Assembly (NCBI RefSeq): GCF_006345805.1
Contig: NC_043002.1
Location: forward strand, 88,722,001 to 88,786,000
Direction: 5' to 3'
Length of the DNA stretch: 64,000 nt
DNA from: Octopus sinensis
Taxonomy: Eukaryota
This document shows, one piece after another, positions 37,746 through 51,160 of this stretch (the stretch's first letter is position 1; each line of letters opens with the position of its first letter). The position numbers were made by a program, and so were the translations under genes. The notes below the pieces were generated by a model, which saw nothing but the letters and a program-made list of their open reading frames with translations, was not told where the DNA came from and made no database searches.

Positions 37746-38968
37746 ATTTGCTTAATATCGCTCTTAAAATTTCTGTGCATGTTATTGTTTGGTCCAATAC
37801 TTCTCTGTTTTTAACTATACTGAAGGCACCTTGAAACTATAGTCTTGATGATGATGACTAAAATTAACACAGGCACAACAGATCAGTTGTTGCTTTTCAT
37901 TGGAATATCTCAGATTTTGTATGTTGCTTATTTAACATATTGTTGTCAATGTTATTGTTTAGCTCCTGGTCAGCCTTGATTGAGCAGACCTATGATTAAA
38001 TGCTTTCCCACAGGGACCGTCCTTCTTTTATTATATCAGAGTCTACATTGAACAATGAATGTGTCCTTCATTATTGAAGACAGTAGTGGTATCTGAGAGT
38101 GATTTAGTTGCTATTTCAAACTTCTCCAGCTTCTTGTGTATTACCATAAAAACCCATGTAATTTATGCACATTTTTTTTTGCAAAAATAAAAATAAACTT
38201 TAGGTGGGTGTAAATTACATGAGCAGATCGTTTCCAGAACTTTTTTTGAAACTTTTTTTTCTGAAAAAAGACGTACAGAACATAAACATTCATATTGGAA
38301 GTTGACTCATTTAATGTCAGACTAGGTTTTTACAGAAAAAAATAAAGGCTTAAATACATATAATGAAGTTGACTTTTATTTATGCTGGACAGTATAATGC
38401 TTACTTTTTCTGTATAAATTTACTAAAACCATTAAATGGTTAACTAGTTTTTGAAGTCTGACATTCATTCTGGTAAACACAGTCCAGGCCATATTTTACG
38501 TTGCTTGGAGTTTCTACCTATCGCAATGGAGCACCATTGACATACATAGTGATATGGATATTCCTGACTGAAAAAAATGTAACGATATGGATAATCTTGA
38601 TTGCATGTTTATATTTTTGTCTGTTTATAACTCAATACAGTTTTAAGTTTGTCTTACTGTTTATGCCAATTTCAAACATCAAAATGCCTTCTGGCAGCTC
38701 TATTGCCATGTTCAAATGTATTCTTTTATTCTTTTACTTGTTTCAGTCATTTGACTGCGGCCATGCTGGAGCGCCGCCTTTAGTCGAGCAAATCGACCCC
38801 GGGACTTATTCTTTGTAAGCCCAGTACTTATTCTATCGGTCTCTTTTGCCTAACCGCTAAGTGATGGGGACGTAAACACACCAGCATCGGTCATCAAGCA
38901 ATGCTAGGGGGACAAACACAGACATAGAAACACACACAACACACACACACACATATAATTATATATAT

Positions 38969-39046
<78 letters not shown>

Positions 39047-39065
39047 TATATATATAGATATATAT

Positions 39066-39810
39066 ACTATATGTATAAGAGTGGAAAGGAACACACGAGT
39101 TGATATATATGAAAAAACAAGTCAAAAATAGAAAATGCTAAGATGATTTTATAGTGAATCTTTCAGTTCCGGTTTCGGTCATTTTGAGACCTTTTCAACT
39201 GTAACGATTAAATAATAAATTTAGAAAAATTTAGAAAAATTAGAAGAAAGGTTTTTTTAAAGGAATACTTCCATAGTAGTGTTCAGATATAGGTGGCATT
39301 CTGCCTTTCTCTGACTCCCTTGTTTGCACTTGTGTATTCGAGGTCGTTGTGAGTTCTTGAGGGGGTAGGAGTGGGAAAATCTGGGCTGGTCAGTGGCGAC
39401 CGGCAGTCGCCGTAGGCGTTATACTTAAAGACATTAGTGACAAAGTTACTATTATTTCACATTAAAGTAACTTTGTCACTAATGTCTTTAAGTATAACGC
39501 CTACGCAGCGACTGCCGGTCGCCACTGACCACCCAGATTTTCCCACTCCTACCCCCTCAAGACTCACAACGACCTCGAATACACAAGTGCAAACAAGGAG
39601 TCAGAGAAAGGCAGAATGCCACCTATATCTGAACACTACTATGGAAGTATTCCTTTAAAAAAACCTTTCTTCTAATTTTTTTCTAAATTTTTCTAAATTT
39701 AATTATTTAATCGTTACAGTTGAAAAGGTCTCAAAATGACCGAAACCGGTACTGAAAGTTCACTATAAAATCATCTTAGCATTTTCTTTTTGACTTGTTT
39801 TTTCTATATA
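39066..39810. mobile_element. ~700-bp palindromic PLE-type insertion (two ~340-bp arms, 15-nt loop)
   Basis: Arms ~39111-39450 and 39466-~39804; loop ATTATTTCACATTAA. Each arm carries an HHR motif. Confidence 0.85.
39717..39754 (+). ncRNA. Minimal type I hammerhead with U3-A8 variant core
   Basis: cag-TTGAAAA-ggtc-tcaaaat-gacc-GAAAC-cg-GTA-ctg. Stem II 4 bp, stem III palindrome ACCGGT, triplet GUA. Confidence 0.7.
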
Positions 39811-40009
39811 TATATACTTATACATATATACGACAGCTTTTTTCAGTTTCCATCTACCAAATCCACTCACAAGGCATTGTCGGCCCGGGGCTATAGCAGA
39901 AGACACTTGCCCAAGATGCCACGCAGTGGGACTGAACCCGGAACCATGTGGTTGGTAAGCAAGCTACTTACCACACAGTCACTCCTGCACCTATATGACA
40001 TTCAACATA

Positions 40010-40118
40010 TGTATATTCAACATATGCATATTCAACATATGTATATTCAACATATGTATATTCAACATATGCATATTCAACATATGTATACATTCAACAT
40101 ATGTATATTCAACATATT
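40010..40118. repeat. 15-bp minisatellite (TTCAACATATGTATA) x ~7
   Basis: Read directly from the sequence. Confidence 0.9.
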
Positions 40119-40842
40119 TAATTTCTCTTTTGCAGTAAACGATTCATAAGTTCTGCCCATACTGACAATAACAGTAATGACACATTTTTAAGTTTGCTTG
40201 ACATTTTATAAGTGTGAAAGGGATTAAAATTTTGATACTCCATATCAAAGGTTCCACAAAAATAGATGGAAAAGAATTCTGTTTACATAATCAGTTTGAT
40301 TGGTCACCTTCCTCTGTTGGTTGAGTAAAGTATCATCTAAGCTGATGTTTATTGGTAATTAAACTTAATTTGCAACACCTGTGTGTATTTATCAGCTTTG
40401 TTTTTGTTGGTAATTCTTATCAACAACTTTTCTTCTGATCATGATTTGAGAACTACAGCATATGCTAAAGATCGACAAATCCCTTGTGGTAATTATTTGT
40501 TGGGCAAGAAATGTTAAATAAAGTTTTTATAAACAACACAAACACTTTGTAATTTAATAACTTTCAATGTAATACCTATAAACAGAAATTATTTTTATTT
40601 AATGAAAATTTTATAAAATCTAGTCATAAGTAAGTGAAATTATGCTAAATACAACTAAATTGGAAACCTTTTACCCCTGGCTACATCGGCAATTCTGAAA
40701 ACTTTTGAGAGCGAATTTTACATGAGTAGAAGCTTTTTTTTAACAAATTCTATCCTGGAAATCACCTGTGTAAATTACACGAGTGCACAAATTACATGTG
40801 TTTTTACGGTAATTCTGTGCAAATCACTAATTATCACACACC

Positions 40843-41370
40843 ATTGGATATCTAAAATAAGAATAAGCTGGGGGAAATTCAGAGAGCTCTTACCTCTGTT
40901 GGCTATGAAAGGTTTCTCTCTATTGTATGATGCATGTGTGCAGACGGCAATTCTATATGGTAGTGAGACGTGGGCCCTGAATGCAGAGGACATGCAAAGG
41001 TTAGAAAGGAATGAGGCTAGTGTGCTCCACTGGATATGTTGACTGTAAAGCATTTGTGGTGATGTCATGTAAAAGCACCCATGTGGCATCACATAAAAGT
41101 GCCTGCATAGTGCTACATGAAAGCGCCCATGCAGTACTATTTAAAAGCACCCATGCAGTATCACATAAAAATGCCCATGCAGTGCTACATGCTCTGTAAA
41201 GTGGTTGGTGTTAGGAAGGGCATTCAGCTGTAGAAACCATGCCAAATCAGACTAGAGACTGGTGCAGTCCCCCCCAGCTTGCCCGCTCTGGTCACATCGT
41301 CCAACCCATGCTAACATGGACAACAGATGTTAAATGATGATGATGGTAATGATGATGATGATGATGATAA
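40843..41370 (+). mobile_element. RTE-like LINE fragment joined to a family D 3' end
   Basis: IRISWGKFRELLPLL..KGFSL...CVQTAILYGSETWALNAEDMQRLERNE, followed by D sequence and a (GAT)n tail. Confidence 0.75.
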
Positions 41371-41809
41371 TGATGGATTCCCAGTCCTAGTGACGTCAAT
41401 AACAAAGAATCAGAAAGAAGTATGAGAACAGCAATAGAAGTGAAATCTATGTCAAGGTTGACTAGTTTGTGCTTTCATGAGAAAAATCACCGTTTAATTC
41501 TTTTGTACTTTTTTTTTTGCTTTCCCCAATTTATTTGTCTTCTATATTTAGAGTTACACAAAAGAAAAATAACCTTCAAATGACTAAATGAATAAGAATA
41601 CATATGACATTGCTCCTGTGTGGTCTCAACTGCAATAGGTAAAACAAATGAAAGAGCTTAAGGCCTAAAGTAGTATGTCCAGGTATGATAATATGTCAAG
41701 GTATAAGTGAAATGAATAAATCATGATTTTCATCTGTTAGGAAAATAATGAAAAATTTTAATAAATCTGTTCCATGAAAACATACTATTATTAGTGTATT
41801 ATTTCCTGC

Positions 41810-42010
41810 CATTACTGGTTTCAAATTTTGGCACAAAGCCAGCAGTTTCAGGGAAGGAGTAAGTCGATTACATCAGCCCCAGTGCTCAACTGGCACTTAT
41901 TATATCAACCTCAATAGGATGAAAAGCAAAGTCAAAGTCAGCGAATTTAAACTCAGAACGTAAGAATGGGTGAAATGCCACTAAGTATTTTGCCAGATTT
42001 TCTAATGATT
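41810..42010 (-). mobile_element. Diverged SINE A-related copy
   Basis: Same variant as 24870-25310. Confidence 0.55.
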
Positions 42011-43194
42011 CTACCAGATTATAGCCTTATTACATTCCGTTGTTACCGTTTTTAATATATTATTACCTTCCATTTCTCCATTTATTAATTAGAAGAAACG
42101 AGAAAGGAGACAGACTTGACTGAAGATGAGTGGTGTGACATCAAGATACAAACTTTGCACTAACTCTGCCTGATTCAAACCATTGAGACATGCCATGCTG
42201 GAGCTATACAGTTAATCTACAATTAGTAATGCTTCGTTAACTTAAAATTTATGGATGTTTTTCAAAGGTTTTACATTCTCTTCCAAATTGATGGGGCAGG
42301 AAAAAGGGAAGAAACCATAATTCACGGGTTATCTTCTGACTGGTAACTTGGCTTAAAGGACTGCAATACAGGAGTCTCATCCAAAATGGTACCAAAAGAC
42401 CAGGTGGTGACATAGGACCAGAAGACAAATTGGGTTTACCACCCAAGAACAGATACAATCTATAAAATTGTCTTCCACATATATTCTAACAACCATTTCC
42501 TCTTACAAGCCTTGAGCTGATCTGAAGATACAGTGGTAGATGATTGCCTGAAGTACCACATGGTGGCATTGAACCAGAATTACATGATTGTGAAGTGAAC
42601 TTCTTAACTACACAGCCATACCTATGTCCATATACTAAACTTTCTCAAGTGCTATACACTCAACAGTTTCACTGGTCACATAACACATTATCAGCATAAT
42701 ACATTATCACATTATCAGCAAATACATTTTTCTATTATATTGAAGTTTAATAATTCTGTTTAGAGATTTCAATCTCAATTCAATATTCTTATCTTTAGAT
42801 TTTAAAAATATAGATTTCTTCTTTGGTTTTTTTTATCTTTTATTAGTTTCAGTCATTAGACTGTGGCCATGTTGGAGCACCGCTTTGAGGAATTTTCATC
42901 AAATGAATCAACCCCAGTACCTCATTATTTTTTATCTAAGCCTGGTACTTATTCTATTGGTCTCTTTTGCTGAACTGCTAAGTTACAGGAGGACATGAAC
43001 ATACCATCATGGGTTATCAAGCAGTGATGGGGGACAAACATTGATACAAAGACACACACATACACATACACGCACACACACACACATGCACACACACATA
43101 TAGATGCACATACACATGTACACATGCACACACACACATATGCACACACACACACACACACATACACGTGCACACACACACAAGCACATCATCA

Positions 43195-43444
43195 TCATCA
43201 TCATTTAACGTCTACTTTCCATGCTGGCATGGGTTAGATGGCTCAACAGGAGCTGGCAAGCCTGGGAGCTACACCAGGCTCCATTTGTCTGTTTTGGCAT
43301 GGTTTATATGGCTGGATGCCTTTCCTTAATACTAACCACTTTACAGATAGTACTTTACAGAGTTGAATACCCTAACCACTAAACCATGCACTTTCACACA
43401 TGCTTAATGCAAATACATTTGTGAATGGCAAATTTACTGCAGTA

Positions 43445-43500
<56 letters not shown>

Positions 43501-43690
43501 TTAATGTCCACTTTCCTATGCTGGCGTAAGTAGGGCAGTTCGACATGGGACTGGTGAGCTGCAGGGCAGCATCAACCACCAATGTTATTTTTGGCATGGT
43601 TCCTACAGCTGGGTGCCCTTCCTATCAGTAACCACTTTACAGAATGTATTGAGTGCTTTTTTCGTGCCTCCAGTGCTACCACTTTACAGA
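43195..43690 (-). mobile_element. Two decayed family D 3' ends with (CAT)n tails
   Basis: CATTTAAyGTCyACTTTCC.TGCTGGC at ~43200 and ~43498. Confidence 0.65.
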
Positions 43691-45771
43691 GTGAACTAGT
43701 TGCTTTCCCTGTGCCACCAACACTAGTGAGATAGCCATGTAACTTGCAAGACAGAAAAGAACAGAGAAGGAGGAAAAAGAAAGGAAGGAAAAAAAGCTAC
43801 CACAACTATGAAGAAGGATTTGGGAGGGAAAGTTGGGGGTGATTGTTTGTATACCAGGTGTTGAAAGGCTAAAGTATGAAAGAGGGACAAGCGTAGGTGT
43901 CATCCAGAGATATCTTTTACAGATGTTCTATGTTTAAATGCACAATATATATATCTAAGGTAGATGTATGTACATTAAGTATGATACAAAGATGGCTATT
44001 TTAATCTAATATTGCACCTGTTGCATATAAAATATCTTTATTCAACTGAGCAGCTATTCACAACACCAGTGATTGCTTACTCATTGTTATCCTACATCAA
44101 TAGCGATAAATTTCATCTTGGGGTGTGGTTGGCTGTGAGTATATACTACTGATAATGCCTAACAAGGCAGAAATTCATCTAACTTCTCACCAGTTGCTGC
44201 TAGAACTCATTTTATTGCATATAATGGATGATCATTATAACATCAATTCTGTTAAGAAAATCTAACATCTAATTATCATACTCTTAATTCCCCTGTTCCA
44301 CATAGACCATTGGGTGATGAGCACCACCCAATGATCTATGTGAAACAGTTTACATTTAGAACATAAATACAGTAAGTTTATTTACATTTATAACATAATT
44401 ACAGAAGCATTGAAAAATATGTGAATAAATCTAATTACATTTTGATTGTAGCATTGTATATATGAAGGGCGAGTTTTCTCTAGGCCAGCAGCTAACGTGA
44501 CCAATAATATAATTCTATTGGGATTGAAGAGATAAGATACTTACCAAAGTGGGTTTTTTTTTTGTTTTGTTTTGTGACTACCTTACAGTCACAAACCCTG
44601 TCATAGACCTGCTTCCAGACCAGGCCCATGTCTGTTCAGCTCTCTTCTACCATTGCCAATCAAGTCTTGACAGGTCTGTATCATTTCTTATGACCCCTCT
44701 CTGACCTCATTGTGGTTATGTGTAAACAGCTGAGCATCTTCCATCACCTCATAGCATTAGTATCCCATAGATTACACATAAACCACACAGACATAGATAC
44801 AAATACACACACACACACACACCACCACCACCACACATGCAAGCACACATGCATGCACACAAACCCACTCATACAAACAGACACACATGCAAACAAAAAC
44901 CCACTCACATGCACAAACACACACACACACACAAGCACACACACATACACACACAAGCACACACGCACACATGCACACACACACTCACACACAAACAAAC
45001 AGACATGCATGCGCACAAACCCACTTACACGTACAGACAAACACACACACATACTCACATGCACACACAACATACACTTGGCCATCACAAGAAATTCTTA
45101 GTGATCCTTTGACAACATCTGTGGAAGATTTGCACTTTTATAGATTCAGCTGGTCTTTTCCCATGTCTAATTATAAGAATCAATTTTTTATCAACGATTC
45201 ATCTCAAAGCAAATTCTGCTATAAATAATATCTTATAATAAATTGGATGGAGAAAAGAAAAAAAAAAGTCAAAAAGCTGCCTTCAAACTCAAATCACACA
45301 TCTTCTCTAAGCCAGACATACTACCAATTAAACTAAAGGAACCTCACATATTTCTCCCATCAAATTAAACACTTTCATCTTAACAGCAAGTAAGTTTATT
45401 TACATTTAGAACATAAATACAGAAGCATTGAAAAATATGTGAATAAATCTAATTACATTTTGATTGTAGCATTGTATATATGAAGGGTGAGTTTTCTCTA
45501 AGTCAGCAGCTAACGTGACCAATAATATAATTCTATTGGGATTGAAGAGATAAAGATACTTACCAAAGTGTTTAGTTTTTGTTTTTTTGTTTATTGTTTT
45601 TGCTTTTTGTTGTTGTTTTTTTCTCTAGAAGTCAGCTGATACCATAAATATTGATTTATTCTTTTCTGAATACTGTTTCAAATATCAATGGTAAGAATCC
45701 TAAAGTTCACAATAGCAGTGAGTGTCCCTAGTCAACATGTAGAGTGTATATGTGTGTGTGTGTGTGTGATA

Positions 45772-45802
<31 letters not shown>

Positions 45803-45886
45803 GTGTGTGAAGCACATATATATACATGCATAGAAAAATACAAACAGATGCATGTACACACAACACAAACAAAACAGACACATACA

Positions 45887-45942
<56 letters not shown>

Positions 45943-45970
45943 TGTATATACATATATAGATGTATTTACA

Positions 45971-46117
45971 TGGTAAGTAGCTTGCTTATCAACCACATGG
46001 TTACGGGTTCAGTCCCACTGTGTGGCATCTTGGCCAAGTGTCTTCTACCATAGCCTCGGGCCGACCAAAGTCTTGTGAGTGGATTTGGTAGACGGAAACT
46101 GAAAGAAGCCCATCGTA

Positions 46118-46172
<55 letters not shown>

Positions 46173-46403
46173 ATGCGTGTCTGTGTGTGTGTGTGTGTGT
46201 TCGTGTGTCTGTGTTTGCCTCCCCAACATCACTTGACAACCGATGCTGGTTTGTTTACGCCCCCGTAACGTAGTGATTCAGAAAAAGATACCGATAGAAT
46301 AAGTACCAGGTTTACAAAGAATAAGTTCTGGAGTTGATTTGCTCGACTAAAGGCAGTGCTCCAGCATGGCCACAGTCAAATGACTGAAACAGGTAAAAGA
46401 AAG
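45971..46403 (+). mobile_element. SINE family B
   Basis: Near full length. Confidence 0.85.
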
Positions 46404-46405
46404 TA

Positions 46406-46436
<31 letters not shown>

Positions 46437-46441
46437 TATAT

Positions 46442-46844
46442 ACTCTTACTCTTTTACTTGTTTCAGTCATTTGACTGCGGCCATGCTGGAGCACCGCCTT
46501 TAGTCGAGCAAATCGACCCCAGTACTTATTCTTTGTAAGCCCAGTTCTTATTCTATCGGTCTCTTTTGCCGAACCGCTAAGTGACGGGGACGTAAACACA
46601 CCAGCATCGGTTGTCAAGCAATGCTAGGGGGACAAACACAGACACACAAACACACACATATATATATATATACATATATATGACAGGCTTCTTTCAGTTT
46701 CCGTCTACCAAATCCACTCACAAGGCATTGGTCGGCCCGGGGCTATAGCAGAAGACACTTGCCCAAGATGCCACGCAGTGGGACTGAACCCAGAACCATG
46801 TGGTTGGTTAGCAAGCTACTTACCACACAGCCACTCCTGCGCCT
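46442..46844 (-). mobile_element. SINE family B, tail to tail with 45971-46403
   Basis: Full length. Separated from the plus copy only by (TA)n. Confidence 0.9.
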
Positions 46845-47591
46845 ATATGTTCATATAAACATATCAATGTGTATAAATATATGTTTATATGCATATAAAC
46901 GTAGCTATGTGTGTGTGTATATATATATATATTGGCCTGGTCACTTAGCCAGCGGGTTAAATCATTTGAAGGCTAAAACAATGCAAAGCGCATTGTGACC
47001 AGCGATGTGTAGCAACATCTGATAGCCTCGTCGGTCACGGTGACGGTGACGGTAATATATATATATATATATATATATACAGACATATGTACATACACAT
47101 ATATATATGTCTTTAGGTTCATTTACAGGAAATGTTCCTGACTATGCTTATAAATGCTCAAAGGCTCTGACTTTATTATGCAGGCAACAGCTTAATGATA
47201 CCAACTAGCAACAGCAGATTTTGGGGGTTTGCACTGAGCTGTTCCAATATAATGTAGGACAAATATAGTGATAATAATAATGATAATAAACTATGGAATT
47301 TATATATATGTTAATGCATCACTACAGCCGTTTCCACAAATCACATGTTTCTAATGATCATAGACTGTATTGTTGGGATGATTACAGTACAGTCCATAGT
47401 ATCCGTGGTGGATCATATTCATGTATTCATTTCTTCAGGTGATATGGCATTTATGTTGGAAGCAGTAGATGTATAACTGAGGGTTGTTAATGAATTTTGA
47501 CCAATGAAAAAGTTTGGGGTATATTTGGGGTATGTTCTGGGTGTATTTGGAGGGGAGAAGTAGAAGGTGATGGGAAGAGAGAAAGGAATTC

Positions 47592-47749
47592 TATCATCAA
47601 AGACGTTCCATTCCTGACCTTCATGTTTGTTGCTATTTTCTAAGCCTTATATCATCCAATGTTTTCCCCTCACTTTTTGAGGTAGTAGGCAACAAGCCGG
47701 AGGAAGATTTAGCTGCTATATATCTTACCGGTTGTGTAGCTATATAGGA

Positions 47750-47780
<31 letters not shown>

Positions 47781-48108
47781 GGATGCTGATGACAACAGAA
47801 GATGCTGGCAATGTTGTGAGATTGTACAGATGATGATGATGATGATGGTGGTGGTACCAATGACTGTAGCAACAGTGTTGTTGATGATGGTGATGATCTT
47901 GATGATGACGACACTGACGACAATGACAACGAGGATGAGGATGACGAAGACAATGATGATGTTGATGATTATTTGACAATAATGGCCGCAATGATGATGA
48001 TGATGATGACGATGATGATGATAACAGAAGATGGTGGTAATATTGTGAGATTGTAGCAATGATGATGGTAGTGGTACCAATGACAATGACAACAGCATTG
48101 ATGATGAC

Positions 48109-48147
<39 letters not shown>

Positions 48148-48190
48148 CTTGACGATGATCTTGATGATGATGACAACGATGTCAATGATG
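47592..48190 (-). repeat. Unclassified repeat (unique ~160 bp plus structured CAT-rich block), inverted partner of 54350-55020
   Basis: CCTATATAGCTACACAACCGGTAAGATATATAGCAGCTAAATCTTCC is shared in opposite orientation. Confidence 0.8.
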
Positions 48191-48284
48191 ATTTGACAAT
48201 AAACGGCGGTGCATTTAGCTCTGAGCTAAAACTTTAAAAAAAAAATAACAGCAACGATGATGATGATGATGATGATGATGATGT

Positions 48285-48327
<43 letters not shown>

Positions 48328-48338
48328 CGACATGATGG

Positions 48339-48387
<49 letters not shown>

Positions 48388-48693
48388 GGTGGTGGTGGTG
48401 GTAGTGGTGATGATGATGATGGTTTCTTCACATGGATTCCAAATGCAAAGGATTCCAGTTTGTCACAAGAATGCATTTCTGAAAATAGCAAGCCCCCCCA
48501 CCACCTCCATCAACACAATTAATGGCATTTTAGTAATACCTGAAATCTCTTCCTCTACAACATTGGTGTCAAGATTGATGTCATTAACCTTTCAGCCTGC
48601 AAAATGGCATTGCCTTAGCAATTACATGTCCAATGACATGCATGCACGCCTGCACGCATGCACACATATGCATGCATCCATGCACACATGCAA

Positions 48694-48998
48694 GGAATGA
48701 TCACTAGTGATGGTGATGTTATGCCTCCATTCATCTTCCCACACAGCCTTAGACTCAACACAGAGGCCTACATCAAGTACCTGGGGGAGGTAGTGCTGCT
48801 CTGGGTCAAGAGGTTGGCTGCTGGACGATCCTATGTCTGACAGCAGGACTCTGCACCATGCCACACAAGCAGGAGAACCCAGTCACGGCTGTCAGACAAA
48901 TTCTGTGACCACATCACCTCTAACATCTGGCCACCTAATCCCCCAGACAGCAACACCTTTGATTATTACGTGTGGGACACAATTGAATGAGAGACCAT
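48694..48998 (+). pseudogene. Tc1/mariner superfamily maT (DD37D) transposase catalytic fragment
   Basis: ITSDGDVMPPFIFP...YV*QQDSAPCHTSRRTQ...IWPPN.PDSNTFDYYVW. I count 37 residues between the second and third D after restoring a 1-nt frameshift. Confidence 0.8.
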
Positions 48999-49019
48999 AT
49001 TTATGTTTCTCTGTCTCTA

Positions 49020-49570
49020 CGTGGTCTGATCAATAAGTATCAGGACTGTTGTATAGTAACGAAGCTAAAGTATGCAGAGTGAAGCCACTTGGCACAGATT
49101 GACCTTGAACTCTGCTGGGCATGTGAATTAAGTTTTAACATTCTAGCTACCTCTGCTGTTTGCAGAAGTGCTGGGAAGGAAGATGTGTAGCGTATGGTCA
49201 TGGCATTGACCTTGACAGAACGTTTGTCAGTATCAACATTTTTTTCCCAGAACGTTTGTCAATATCAACATTTTTTTTTGGCCATCTGGAAAATGTCTGA
49301 ACCACTCGTACACTTCTGTGTGGCTCATACACCCCTCTCTATAAATTTTCTGAAACTTTGCGTTGACCTCTGAGCAGGTATCGCTATGATAACTTTCTCT
49401 GTCATGATCAATGTGACGATCACACGCTACACACCTTCCTTCCAAGCACTGCTGTAAAGAGCAGAAGTGAGCTAAAATGTTAAAAGTCAATCTTTGCCAA
49501 GCAGCTTTACTCTGCATGCTTTAGCTTTGTTACTATGGCAACAGTCTGGATACTTACTGATCAGACCTGG
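49020..49570 (-). mobile_element. Internally deleted mariner with both TIRs
   Basis: GGTCTGATCAATAAGTATCAGGACTGTTG / CAACAGTCTGGATACTTACTGATCAGACC. HTH remnant IYREGCMSHTEVYEWFRHF. Same family as 9388-9865. Confidence 0.8.
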
Positions 49571-49937
49571 CACATATATATATATATAGTATATGTATAT
49601 GTATATGAGTGTATGGGTCTGTATTGTTTTATTTAAGTGCGTGTTGTAAATAAGTTTGGTATTGTTCATTGTTATAGTTTTATAGAATGAATTGGATGCT
49701 TGTTAGAGGAAATGTTACATTGCAAGGAGATTGTGCTTTATAAGTGGTTATAGTTTATTGAGATTGTAGCTTCATTCATTGTACACCAGATATGAAACAT
49801 ATTTGTATATATATATGTGTGTGTGTGTGTATAGATATATATTTATATATGTATATATATATATTATGTGTGTGTGTGTGTGTATGTATGTATATATATA
49901 CATATACACATAGTATATATATATATTATTATATATA

Positions 49938-51160
49938 TTAAGGTATGTAGAAAAATACAACATGGACAAGAAGTATAACTCTTAGAAGACGATACAATAA
50001 ACACGGACAGGACATTCGAACCCTCAGTCTTCAGTCAAGAACCGGATCACATAGTAATTTCGGCTGATTAATCTTGAGATTACTAGATCACGGCCAGCCC
50101 TCCAAGAAAAACTAAGCAACGAGCATTAGAAAAACTAAGCTGGGAGCGTAGTTTCCTGGAAGAAGGATCGAATGCATACGGACACCAGGACAGCAAAAGG
50201 ACGAATATAAAAAAACAAAAAAATAATGGAATACAGAAACATGAAATACAGAAGCATTAACGTGAAAAACAACAAGTGTTCTTACGACTGATAACAAGCA
50301 AACAAATTTTTTCTCTGGCGCAAGGAAAGGAGCCTTATCGGCGATGCCTATAGCGGCGGACGGAAAAAACGATGTTAACCCGACGCTGGTCAGAAGCTGA
50401 AAGGCAGATTTCGGCCAGCAGTCACGTGACAGAGAGAGAGAAAAGAAAAGAAAGAGAAGCAACGGAAGAGAGAGAGAGAGGAGGGACAAATGCGACAAAG
50501 AGCGAGAAGAGAGAGAAAGAAGGAATCAGAAAGGAGAAGGGATGGGTGTCGAAGAGCGACCTGTGAGTGCAGAGCGAGACAAAGAAATAGGAGGGTAGTG
50601 GAAGATTAGACCAAAGAATCAGAGGAAAGAGAAGAGAAAAAGAGGATGAGTAGAGAGAGAAGGGGACAGATCAAGTAAAAGTGAGAGAGAGAGAGAGACA
50701 AACAAAGAGTCGTACCAGTTATTAAGAATATGTGCTCACATTAATGTTAAGAGGGTACGGGGCGCCTGGAATATATGTTAAGGTATGTAGAAAAATACAA
50801 CATGGACAAGAACGTATAACTCTTAGAAGACGATACAATAAACACGGACAGGACATTCGAACCCTCAGTCTTCAGTCAAGAACCGGATCATCATAGTAAT
50901 TTCGGCTGATTAATCTTGAGATTACTAGATCACGGCCAGCCCTCCAAGAAAAACTAAGCAACGAGCATTAGAAAAACTAAGCTGGGAGCGTAGATTTCCT
51001 GGAAGAAGGATCGAATGCATACGGACACCAGGACAGCAAAAGGGACGAATATAAAAAAACAAAAAAATAATGGAATACAGAAACATGAAATACAGAAGCA
51101 TTAACGGTGAAAACAACAAGTGTCTTACGACTGATAACAAGCAAACAAATTTTTTCTCTG
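49938..51160 (-). mobile_element. Probable PLE terminal region, one full plus one partial copy in tandem (840-bp period)
   Basis: TTAAGGTATGTAGAAAAATACAACATGG at 49938 and 50778. About 380 bp is duplicated almost exactly. (TA)n flank on the left. Confidence 0.6.

Larger units (their letters stand above)
38722..39992 (-). mobile_element. SINE family B split by a palindromic insertion in its internal (TA)n
   Basis: 3' half at 38722-38945 and 5' half at 39829-39992. Confidence 0.85.

Noticed and set aside
38482-38570. Candidate terminal exon (QAIFYVAWSFYLSQWSTIDIHSDMDIPD*)
   Set aside because: Poor polypyrimidine tract and no recognisable protein family.
39990-40120. Regular short repeats resembling a CRISPR array
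   Set aside because: The 15-bp units are contiguous with no unique spacers, and the context is eukaryotic; this is a minisatellite.
42249-42458. 69-aa minus-strand ORF in unique sequence
   Set aside because: No motif or convincing splice context; the length is compatible with chance.
50000-50050. Hammerhead in the 840-bp tandem element
   Set aside because: It has CTGAAGA but GAAT instead of GAAA, and no stem I pairing.
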